From the NCBI GenBank assembly GCA_022821495.1, contig JAJEDN010000078.1, forward strand, positions 30,612 to 94,611: a stretch of DNA of 64,000 nt, given 5' to 3'. Made by a program: the position numbers and the translations under genes. The notes beneath the pieces are model-generated. The model was not told the DNA's origin. It saw nothing but the letters and a program-made list of their open reading frames with translations, and searched no databases. Origin of the DNA: Candidatus Poribacteria bacterium. GTDB taxonomy: Bacteria; Poribacteria; WGA-4E; WGA-3G. Below are positions 56,174-64,000 of the stretch, piece by piece. Within the stretch, counting starts at the first letter, position 1. Every line of letters starts with the position of its first letter.

Positions 56174-57346
56174 GTGAAACTAAAAATTTTCTTAACCCTC
56201 ATTACAATTATAGTTATATCCTTTACCGGATGCGAACGCGTAAAACAGGTGATTGCACCTGATGCTCCCGCTCCCGATGCCGTTTCTACTGTTAAAATCG
56301 GTGTGATTCAACCCTCGGGATACTACACCGGGTTTGCCCAAGGTGCCGAACTCGCTCGCACCCAAATCAATGCGCGCGGTGGTGTGCTCGGCAAGCAAAT
56401 TGAATTTATCGTCAGGGATAACCAAGGAACGCGTTCCGTCCCGGATGCAGCCGAAAGTGTTCGTATTGCAAAAACACTCATTGAGCAGGAGGAGGTTGTT
56501 GCAATTCTCGGTCCCATTTTCTCTAACAATTCCATAGAGGTCGGACCTGTTGTTCAGCAACTTCAGCGTCCGATCATTCCCGGCTCCGCTGGCGATCATG
56601 TGACCGCTGCAGGGGATTTTGTCTTTCTCGTCGTCCCTACGACATCAGCCCATGGCGCGGTAATAGCACAATTCGCAAGCGATCCGTCCGAACTCGGCGC
56701 AACAACCGCCGCGACGATCCGTCAAACTGAGAGTGCTTACACAGAGAGCCTAACCCAAGCGTTTGAAGAGAATTTTCGGGAACTCGGTGGCAAAATCGTT
56801 GCCAGTGAAGTTTATCAAGTTGGCGATAACACCTTTGATGCACAACTGACAAACATCAAAGCCGCAGCACCCGATGTGATATATATTGCAGGTATTATTC
56901 CAGATATTCACTTCGTGATGGCGCGAGCCAGAGAAATCGGTATTCAAGCCACTTTTCTTGGGCCCGGAAGTTGGGATGAGGTTCAGAAGCTTTTCAGTAC
57001 CTTAAATGATAACGCACCGTTAGAGGGGGCTTATTTTACCGCAGATTTTAGTCCAGAGGTACCGAGTGCCGAACCCTTTGTTCAAGCTTATACGGCGCTG
57101 TCTATGACACCGCCAGATAGCGCAGCTGCTTCAGGTTATGATGCCATGTTACTCTTAGCGACTGCAATTGAAGAGGCGCAGACGCTCAATCCTGCTGCCG
57201 TTCGCGATGCCCTTTCAAATATCACCAACCACAAAGGCGCGACGTTTATTTCCCATTACAGTGTCAATCGCCACCCGATTAAAAGCGTTGTCATTAACAC
57301 AATCCGCAATGGGCAGATCGAACTCTACAAGGTTGTGAACCCATAA
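56174..57346 (+). CDS. ABC-transporter substrate-binding lipoprotein (LivJ/K family), paralog 2
   Basis: aggagg RBS then GTG. Lipobox FTGCE. ~55% identical to paralog 1 by eye. Confidence 0.75.
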   Translation: MKLKIFLTLITIIVISFTGCERVKQVIAPDAPAPDAVSTVKIGVIQPSGYYTGFAQGAELARTQINARGGVLGKQIEFIVRDNQGTRSVPDAAESVRIAKTLIEQEEVVAILGPIFSNNSIEVGPVVQQLQRPIIPGSAGDHVTAAGDFVFLVVPTTSAHGAVIAQFASDPSELGATTAATIRQTESAYTESLTQAFEENFRELGGKIVASEVYQVGDNTFDAQLTNIKAAAPDVIYIAGIIPDIHFVMARAREIGIQATFLGPGSWDEVQKLFSTLNDNAPLEGAYFTADFSPEVPSAEPFVQAYTALSMTPPDSAAASGYDAMLLLATAIEEAQTLNPAAVRDALSNITNHKGATFISHYSVNRHPIKSVVINTIRNGQIELYKVVNP

Positions 57347-57392
57347 GCAACCGAATATCGGAAGTATCGTTTACCTCAGGAAAACAGACATT

Positions 57393-58958
57393 ATGAATAC
57401 CAATCTCGCCGATATCGAAAATAGGCTCTGGAGTGCCGCCGATGAACTCAGAGCCAATTCACGCCTTAAGGCGTCCGAATACTCAACACCTGTCCTCGGG
57501 CTTATCTTTTTACGATACGCCGATCACAAGTTTACACAGGCTGAACAAGACATCAGCAGCGAAGCCGATCCAAACAGCCGCAGGCAGCCCGACCTGAGAA
57601 TGGAATGTCAAGCCCGCGGTGTACTTTATCTGCCAGCGCATTCGCGGTTTCAATACATACTCAGTTTGCCAGAAGGTGAAAATATCGGGCAAGCTATCAC
57701 TGATGCTATGAAGGCAATAGAGGCGGAAAACTCACAAATAGAGGGTGTCCTTCCCAAAACTTACAATCGACTTGAAAAGAACACGCTCCTCGAACTCCTC
57801 CGTATCATGGAACAGATCCCTATGGACATTGAAGGAGATGCTTTCGGGAAGGTTTATGAGTACTTCCTCGGCAATTTCGCCATGAGCGAGGGGCAACGCG
57901 GCGGTGAATTCTTCACACCAACCTCGCTCGTGAAACTCATCGTTGAGATTATCCAACCCTTTCACGGACGCATCCTTGATCCTGCCTGCGGATCCGGTGG
58001 AATGTTTGTCCAGAGTGCAGCGTTCATTAGCAACCACAAGAAAAATGGCAACCCCGGAGACATCAGCATTTACGGCGTTGAACGCGTCGTTGAAACGATC
58101 AGGCTGTGCAAAATGAATCTCGCCGTTCATGCCCTTGAAGGCGATATTAAACAAGCCAGCAGTTACTACGAGGATCCGCACAACTGCCTCGACAGATTTG
58201 ATTTCGTCATGGCAAATCCACCTTTCAACGTCGATCGCGTGGACAGAGAACGGATCAAAGACGATCCGCGATTCCCGTTCGGCATGCCCCGTGTCGATAA
58301 TGCCAACTACCTTTGGATACAATTGTTCTATAGTTCGCTTTCCGAATCCGGGCGTGCAGGTTTCGTCATGGCGAACTCCGCCGCCGATGCCCGTGCCTCT
58401 GAACTCGACATCCGCCGCCAGATTATCGAATCCGGCGCAGTCGATGTCATCGTCAGCATCGCCTCGAATTTCTTTTATACCGTTACCTTACCCTGTACCC
58501 TCTGGTTCTTCGATAAGCCCAAACGGAACAGCGATAGACACGATAAAGTCTTGTTCATTGACGCACGCCATCTCTATCAACAGGTGAGCCGCGCCCATCG
58601 GGAATTCACACCCGGACAACTTGAATTCCTTGCAAACATCGTCAGACTTTATCGCGGAGAAGCACCAGAGAACCAACACGACAGTGCAGATTTCCTCACC
58701 TCAAAATTCCCCGATACAGAATACATTGATGTCCCTGGACTTTGCAAGGTCGCCACGATTGCCGAGATTGAGACACAAGGCTGGAGTCTGAACCCCGGAC
58801 GCTATGTCGGCGTTGACGAACAGACAACCGACGATTTCGACTTCACCGAACGATTTACGCAGCTCAACGAGGAGTTAGCAGTCCTAAACGCCGAAGCACA
58901 TCAACTCGAAGAACGCATCGCCGAGAACGTTGCAAAGATTTTGGAGGATACGGTATAA
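57393..58958 (+). CDS. hsdM: Type I restriction-modification system methyltransferase subunit HsdM (N6-adenine)
   Basis: N-terminal HsdM_N (LWSAADELR). Motif [12 protein letters not shown]. Motif IV ANPPFN. Confidence 0.9.
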   Translation: MNTNLADIENRLWSAADELRANSRLKASEYSTPVLGLIFLRYADHKFTQAEQDISSEADPNSRRQPDLRMECQARGVLYLPAHSRFQYILSLPEGENIGQAITDAMKAIEAENSQIEGVLPKTYNRLEKNTLLELLRIMEQIPMDIEGDAFGKVYEYFLGNFAMSEGQRGGEFFTPTSLVKLIVEIIQPFHGRILDPACGSGGMFVQSAAFISNHKKNGNPGDISIYGVERVVETIRLCKMNLAVHALEGDIKQASSYYEDPHNCLDRFDFVMANPPFNVDRVDRERIKDDPRFPFGMPRVDNANYLWIQLFYSSLSESGRAGFVMANSAADARASELDIRRQIIESGAVDVIVSIASNFFYTVTLPCTLWFFDKPKRNSDRHDKVLFIDARHLYQQVSRAHREFTPGQLEFLANIVRLYRGEAPENQHDSADFLTSKFPDTEYIDVPGLCKVATIAEIETQGWSLNPGRYVGVDEQTTDDFDFTERFTQLNEELAVLNAEAHQLEERIAENVAKILEDTV

Positions 58959-58976
58959 TGTTGATGGAGGGAAAAA

Positions 58977-59303
58977 ATGAGTGAAGAAGTCAAAATTGAG
59001 GAAAGTTCTGGAAATGTGTTTCTGGACATCGGTTTCTCCAAAGAAGAGGCGGAATATCACCAGTTAAGGGTAGACTTGGCGATTAAAATTTATCGACTTT
59101 TTGAGGAACTAAAACTGACTCCGGCGAAAGCAAAGGCAGACTTTGGAATCAATCCATCTGATGTGTCCCGAATACAGAACGGAGATTTTAGTTTTACTAT
59201 GGACAAACTCTTTACAATCCTGAGCCAGTTGAACTGCAATGTTGAAATCCGCATTACACTTTCGGAAGATACCCAGGGGCACCTGCGACTCGTTACAACT
59301 TAG
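58977..59303 (+). CDS. XRE-family HTH protein (HigA-antitoxin-like / possible controller) inserted in the R-M operon
   Basis: SGNVFLDIGF..EEAEYHQLRVDLAIKIYRLFEELKLTPAKAKADFGINPSDVSRIQNG...FTMDKLFTILSQLNCNVEIRI matches the HigA/XRE antitoxin pattern. No upstream toxin ORF. Confidence 0.65.
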   Translation: MSEEVKIEESSGNVFLDIGFSKEEAEYHQLRVDLAIKIYRLFEELKLTPAKAKADFGINPSDVSRIQNGDFSFTMDKLFTILSQLNCNVEIRITLSEDTQGHLRLVTT

Positions 59304-59336
59304 TTATTGTTTTCCGTAGAGATGGCATCCGTATAA

Positions 59337-59392
59337 GAACAAAAAATCTGGTAACACTCTGAAGAATGTGGCATAATATTACAGAGGCAGGT
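59337..59392 (+). promoter_or_regulatory. Promoter-like 50-bp repeat copy 1 (extended -10 TGGCATAAT), oriented antisense to the HNH gene
   Basis: aaaaaatctggtaacactctgaagaatgtggcataatattacagag is ~80% identical to 60159-60212. Confidence 0.4.
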
Positions 59393-59450
59393 TTTGAATA
59401 ATAAGATAAAAGGACGAAGGCTATTTTCCGTCGCCCATTTGTGTAAGCGT

Positions 59451-59711
59451 TTACCTTTTTTTGTACGGATATTTCGTCCCTTTACGGCGGTTCTCCTTCG
59501 TTTGAAGTGCCTGAAGGTTGCGAGGATTGTCGGTTCCCCCCTTTGACTTAGGGCGTTTATGATCTACTTGCCAACTTTGTTTGCCCTCTTTACCATACGC
59601 AGGCTTGTAGATTTTATTGCCGCTTGAGTCACGTCGCCAGAGATTCGGGTTTTTACCTCGAATTGGTTTGGCTTTTTTCCAAGCGATTTCTTTTTGTTTT
59701 CGCGTTGCCAT
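59451..59711 (-). CDS. Small basic HNH nuclease-domain protein (86 aa)
   Basis: WQVDHKRPKSKGGTDNPRNLQALQTKENRRKG HNH motif. aagaggtg RBS. Own TTGACA, 17 nt spacer, TAATAT promoter. Confidence 0.7.
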   Translation of the reverse strand: MATRKQKEIAWKKAKPIRGKNPNLWRRDSSGNKIYKPAYGKEGKQSWQVDHKRPKSKGGTDNPRNLQALQTKENRRKGTKYPYKKR

Positions 59712-59747
59712 TTTTATTTCACCTCTTTTCTTTCGGTTATAGTTTAT

Positions 59748-59776
59748 ATATTAACATGTGTTGCGATATTTGTCAA
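59748..59776 (-). promoter_or_regulatory. Consensus sigma70 promoter of the HNH gene (minus strand)
   Basis: Reverse complement of 59748-59776 reads ttgacaaatatcgcaacacatgttaatat. Confidence 0.55.
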
Positions 59777-59820
59777 CCATAAGCGTCAATTTTAGAAACA
59801 ATAACCGCCTCCGCCCCAGA

Positions 59821-60100
59821 CCCGGTAGGTTCGGTTTCCTAACCGAACCGGATACTACGCGGAAACCTTGGATATGCCAGAACCCCTCTTTAGCCCCGTA
59901 GAGGCGGCATCTGTGTAGAACGCGTTCACCCCTAAAAAATCAAGCCCCGTAGGGGCGGCATCTATTAAGTAAGGCCCTACAAAATACCGTGAAAAAAATC
60001 TAAATCGACCCTTATGGGGCGGCATCTACAAAGACCTGTCAAAAATGTCGTGGAAAATCGCTAAATTGACACCTATGGTTCGGTTTCCTAACCGCACCGG
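59821..60100. repeat. Composite R4 repeat cluster
   Basis: Bracketed by direct copies of ggttcggtttcctaaccg[ac]accgg (59829-59851, 60077-60100). Contains ggaaaccttggata and 3 units of AGCCCCGTAGGGGCGGCATCT + ...gtgaaaaaatc (59892, 59943, 60007). Homologous to 25650-26035. Confidence 0.75.
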
Positions 60101-60158
60101 ATTGTCGAAAAGCGGCGTGAAATTCAAGATTTTCTTAAAACTAAATGGTCCTGATATC

Positions 60159-60212
60159 ACACTAAAAAATCTGGCAATTCTCTGATGCGTATGCTATAAT
60201 ATCGTAGAGAAA
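60159..60212 (+). promoter_or_regulatory. Promoter-like 50-bp repeat copy 2 (extended -10 TGCTATAAT) upstream of the 380-aa unknown gene
   Basis: aaaaaatctggcaattctctgatgcgtatgctataatatcgtagag. Gene start at 60281 with aaaagga RBS. Confidence 0.5.
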
Positions 60213-60280
60213 ACAACCGGAAAAATAGGGTGCTCACTTACCATCCAGCCCGAACAACAGTTGATCAAAAGGATTCCATA

Positions 60281-61423
60281 ATGTCTGACGAAACGAAACC
60301 GGATCTACCCACGACAACTGAAGATGAAACAAACACAGATCTTGATGTTGTTCCCAAGGATACAGCGGGAAACATGCTTGATGCTGTCACCGATTTTATA
60401 TCAAAATTGGATCTTTCTACTTGGTTAGGGCGAAACGCGTCTAAGGCTTTTGGCAAATTATGTTCTGCGCCAAGTAAGTGGTATAACGCGTATTTTGAAG
60501 GGAAAGCTGCTGAAACTCGTGCAGAATCAGAGGCACGAGTCAAAATTATAGAGGTAGGGACTGATCAAATTATCCAACAAATGAAAGTCCCTCCAGAATA
60601 TGCTCAGATAGCACTAAACAAGAACATGGAAAAGATAATTGGAGAGCAAATCAACCTTGATAAAATCTCCGCTATTGCTGCAAGTGAACTTAATAACGGC
60701 GAATCGGATAACCCAGCAAATCAAGGCACAAATCAACCTAATGAAGCACAATCTGATAATTCGACAAATCAGGATGCAAACGGTGGTGAGGAAAAGACGA
60801 TAAGTGATGTCTGGCTTAACATTTTTGAGACGGAAGCGCGCCCACAGAGTACTGAGGAGGGGCAGATCCTTTTCGGTCGCATCTTGGCTGGAGAAATTAA
60901 AAATCCAGGATCGTATTCAACGCGAACATTAAAAACCCTCGGTGAATTGGATCAAAATATTGCAGCCTTGTTTAAAAAATTGTGTTCGGTATGCATAGTT
61001 CTTAATAATCCGATTGATGACGCCCTTATTGATATTAGGATTCCCTCACTAGGTGGCAATCCCGGAAGGAATGTCCTCAGAAAATACGGTTTGCCTTTTA
61101 GTAAACTCAATACATTAAATGAATATGGGCTTGTTATTTCAGATTATAATTCTGGTGTTGATTATCAAGTGTCTATAGTGGATAAAAATCATCGAGTCCT
61201 TGCTCCATTTCTGCACCAAGGACAATATTGGGCTTTACAGTCTACATTAGAGCGAGAGCACGATGAAGAGTTTAGAATATGGGGAGTCGCACTTTCTCAG
61301 GTTGGCCGCGAATTGTTTCAAATAGTCGAGCAAGATTCCATACCGGAATACACTGAAGATCTAAAGAAATTCCTTATGGGGCAGAACCTACAAATGATTG
61401 AAGTTCAATCTCAATCATTCTAA
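60281..61423 (+). CDS. Hypothetical protein, possibly DUF2806-like, inserted between hsdM and hsdS
   Basis: 380 aa. Two alpha-rich halves separated by a low-complexity linker (NQGTNQPNEAQSDNSTNQDANGGEE). Motif ILAGEIKNPGSYSTRTL recalls the DUF2806 signature (from memory, unverified). Confidence 0.6.
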   Translation: MSDETKPDLPTTTEDETNTDLDVVPKDTAGNMLDAVTDFISKLDLSTWLGRNASKAFGKLCSAPSKWYNAYFEGKAAETRAESEARVKIIEVGTDQIIQQMKVPPEYAQIALNKNMEKIIGEQINLDKISAIAASELNNGESDNPANQGTNQPNEAQSDNSTNQDANGGEEKTISDVWLNIFETEARPQSTEEGQILFGRILAGEIKNPGSYSTRTLKTLGELDQNIAALFKKLCSVCIVLNNPIDDALIDIRIPSLGGNPGRNVLRKYGLPFSKLNTLNEYGLVISDYNSGVDYQVSIVDKNHRVLAPFLHQGQYWALQSTLEREHDEEFRIWGVALSQVGRELFQIVEQDSIPEYTEDLKKFLMGQNLQMIEVQSQSF

Positions 61424-61449
61424 AAAGAGATAGTGGAATAGAAAGTTCT

Positions 61450-62619
61450 ATGCCAAACAGCGAAGTTCTAATTGGGGATTACATTCAAACCCTAAGAAAA
61501 AAACATAAAATAAAAAAATCTGAGTATTTATCCAGCGGTAATATTCCCGTGGTTGACCAAGGTCAAGACTTTATTGCTGGTTACATAGATGATACCAAGC
61601 GAGCTTATGATGGGCAACTTCCTGTCATTGTCTTCGGCGACCACACCTGCACTTTGAAATATGTAGATTTCCCCTTTGCAGTAGGCGCAGATGGTACACA
61701 GCTGATACATCCTACAAAGGACTTTGACATCCGTTACTTCTATTATGCATTACAAAATTTGCCTTTGGAACATTTCGGCTATCAAAGGCATTTTAAGTAT
61801 CTAAAAACGTCAAAAGTTTTTTGCCCACCGATGCACATCCAGCGCAAAATCGCCGCCATCCTCTCCACCTACGATAACCTCATTGAAAACAACACCCGCC
61901 GCATCAAAATCCTTGAAGACATGGCACAAACCCTCTACCAAGAATGGTTCGTCCATTTCCGCTTCCCCGGACATGAGAACGTCCAGATGGTAGAATCGGA
62001 ATTAGGACTGATACCACAGGAATGGAAGGTAGTTCCTGCAAGTGAAGCCATGTTTGTAAATCCAAAAACTTCTGTTCCACGCGATACCATAAAACCATTT
62101 GTCCCAATGAAGTCAGCGACAGAAAATTCAATGCTAATCACCGAAATCGAAGAAAGAACGGGAAATAGTGGGGCGAAGTTTAAAAATGGAGACACGCTAT
62201 TTGCGCGTATCACACCATGTCTTGAAAACGGTAGAACGGGTTTTGTTCAGTTTCTGTCTAATAATGATGAGATCGCTTTTGGATCTACCGAATTTATCGT
62301 CCTCAGGTCCAAAACGTTGAATCCATATTTTGTCTATCTTTTGGCACAGACTCGCGATTTTAGGGAGAATGCTATCAAGAGTATGACAGGTGCAACAGGC
62401 AGACAGCGTGTTCTCAATGAATGTTTCGATGATTATTTTTTACCAAATCCTGATCAAGATGTACTTTGTCAATTTGAATCTACCATTGCCCCTCTGTTCA
62501 GGAAAGTTCAGAGTCTTTCGGAAAGAAATGAGAATCTCCGCCAAACCCGAGACTTCCTTCTCCCTAAACTCATCTCCGGCGAGACTGATGTATCTAAACT
62601 TGACATTAACACCAATTGA
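61450..62619 (+). CDS. hsdS: Type I restriction-modification system specificity subunit HsdS (two TRDs)
   Basis: N-terminal LIGDYIQTLRKKHKIK...IPVVDQGQDFIAGYIDD. Central conserved repeat ILEDMAQTLYQEWFVHFRFPGHE. C-terminal RQTRDFLLPKLISGE. Confidence 0.85.
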   Translation: MPNSEVLIGDYIQTLRKKHKIKKSEYLSSGNIPVVDQGQDFIAGYIDDTKRAYDGQLPVIVFGDHTCTLKYVDFPFAVGADGTQLIHPTKDFDIRYFYYALQNLPLEHFGYQRHFKYLKTSKVFCPPMHIQRKIAAILSTYDNLIENNTRRIKILEDMAQTLYQEWFVHFRFPGHENVQMVESELGLIPQEWKVVPASEAMFVNPKTSVPRDTIKPFVPMKSATENSMLITEIEERTGNSGAKFKNGDTLFARITPCLENGRTGFVQFLSNNDEIAFGSTEFIVLRSKTLNPYFVYLLAQTRDFRENAIKSMTGATGRQRVLNECFDDYFLPNPDQDVLCQFESTIAPLFRKVQSLSERNENLRQTRDFLLPKLISGETDVSKLDINTN

Positions 62620-62633
62620 AACATAGAGGTAAA

Positions 62634-64000
62634 TGATGCTTTCAGGAGTTCTAACAGAAGTTTACAAAGACATTCGTGGAGCAATTAAGAAGAAACGCGA
62701 AGAGTCAGAGGCAGAAAAGGCAGAAATTGAAAATGCCGCCCACCAGTATGAGAAGAAATACAGAGAACACCACGGCCAAGTCAAAGTCTTCTGTGTAGGT
62801 ATGCGTGAACCGATCCCTCTTGATGATGTCTATGTCGCCGTTCAATTCTTAGACAATCAAAGCACATCAAAGTACGGAACCCCTGAAGATGTTGAAAAGG
62901 CATTCCGACAAAGATCTCCAAACCGCTTTATTTCAAGTGCCGATGAGCGAAAAGATGGAACGGTGGTTGCTAACGAAAAACAGTATCTGATGGTACTCGG
63001 CGGGCCCGGTGTCGGTAAATCAACCTTCCTTCGTAAGGTTGGACTTGAAGCATTAAAAGGGGAGAACGGAAACTTTGAACACGCATGTATCCCTGTCTTC
63101 CTTGAACTAAACAGGTTTACTGAAACTCAGATTGAGATTGAAACCGTAATTGCTGACAAATTTAAGACCTACCACTATCCATACCTGGATAAAATGGTTA
63201 GAAGTGCATTAGATTCGGGGAAATTCCTGATACTTTTCGACGGACTTGACGAAGTCCCTGCTGCGAATGTTGACAATGTAGTGCGTAAAATTGGAGATTT
63301 CGTCGATCGATATAGCCAAAACCGCTTTATCGCTTCATGTCGGATAGCGGCATATAAAGGAGGGTTCACGCGGTTTACAGAAGTCGAGATGGCGGAATTT
63401 GACGATGCACAGATTAAGGTGTATATCAAAAATTGGTTTGATTCAACACCTCACCAATACCGGTATCAACTTGACAAGGATATGAAAACTGCCCAAAATT
63501 GCTGGCAGGCGTTAAACTCAATAGGACATCACGCGACCAAGGAGTTGGCGCGGAATCCGTTATTACTCACGCTTCTATGTCTGGTTTACGACAACTCGCA
63601 AAACTTCCCGCGAAATCGGGCAGATCTCTATGAAAAAGCACTCAGCATATTTCTTGAGGAATGGGCGGCTGAAAAGCGGATCAGCCGAGAAGAATCAATC
63701 AGTCAGTACTTGGACATTGCGGCTGAAAAACGGATGCTTTCTGAAATCGCAGCGAAGAATTTCGAGGAAAACCGCCTCTTTTTCAGTAAGGATGAACTCA
63801 TCGATCAGATTCAAAAATTCGGTGACGGGAATGCCAATACACCACCAGAGTTCAATGCCCCCAAGATCTTAGAAACAATTCTTGTTGATCAGGGACTTTT
63901 CATTGAGCAAGTTAGCGGCTCCTACTCTTTCTCTCATTTGACCTTTCAAGAGTATTTGACAGCGAATTATATCGTAAGGGATACGAGGTCAATTCAAGGG
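62634..64000 (+). CDS. NACHT-domain STAND NTPase (partial, continues beyond window end). This ORF is absent from the supplied ORF track
   Basis: agagg RBS then ATGATG. Walker A LMVLGGPGVGKSTFLRKV. Walker B FLILFDGLDEV. NACHT-type NPLLLTLLCLVY. No stop before 64000. Confidence 0.75.

Noticed and set aside
58977-59303. Complete HigB-HigA toxin-antitoxin pair
   Set aside because: Only the HTH (antitoxin-like) gene is present. hsdM ends 19 nt upstream, leaving no room for a toxin ORF.

Overview
This 64 kb window is mostly housekeeping and accessory genes from what looks like a diderm (Gram-negative-type) bacterium, judged from LptD, SurA, TolB-like and YfgM-like genes; about 50% GC by eye. It is interrupted throughout by several families of small intergenic repeats.

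Main content, 5' to 3':
- tRNA-Gly(CCC), then a YfgM-like TPR protein, a PD40 propeller protein, mutS2, a dnaG-rpoD overlap operon, and a tRNA-Met/Ile2(CAT) plus tRNA-Val(CAC) pair with a near-consensus promoter.
- A putative tailoring or catabolic cluster: two amidohydrolase-2 paralogs, a Rieske protein and a PhyH dioxygenase. An Uma2 endonuclease, a PhyH-HEAT fusion and an amidohydrolase follow.
- A large unknown membrane protein, a Gfo/Idh/MocA oxidoreductase, a SpoIVB/S55-like lipoprotein carrying an 18-bp VNTR, an SDR and folD.
- A FIST / SMP-30 gluconolactonase / O-methyltransferase / aminotransferase block.
- A small ORF translationally coupled to a Rad50/SbcC-like zinc-hook ATPase.
- A WD40-HExxH secreted fusion protein whose 3' end is duplicated around an inserted Rpn-family (YhgA-like) putative transposase gene.
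- sixA, mfd, three SurA-like paralogs followed by an LptD that contains embedded parvulin domains, two SDRs, a LigT-like 2H phosphoesterase and two LivJ-like binding proteins.
- A type I R-M locus whose hsdM and hsdS are split by a ~2.5 kb insertion (XRE HTH, small HNH, repeat cassette, DUF2806-like unknown protein) and followed by a NACHT STAND NTPase. No hsdR is in the window.

The most interesting candidates are the hsdM-[insert]-hsdS-NACHT defence island and its 380-aa unknown protein, the solitary zinc-hook ATPase pair, and the dispersed hairpin-containing repeat families (the R1 CCCCCTGATAAGGGGG family, composite R3/R4 clusters, and CTGAYAA-type heptamer arrays).

Everything here is by-eye motif recognition. 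No similarity searches were run.
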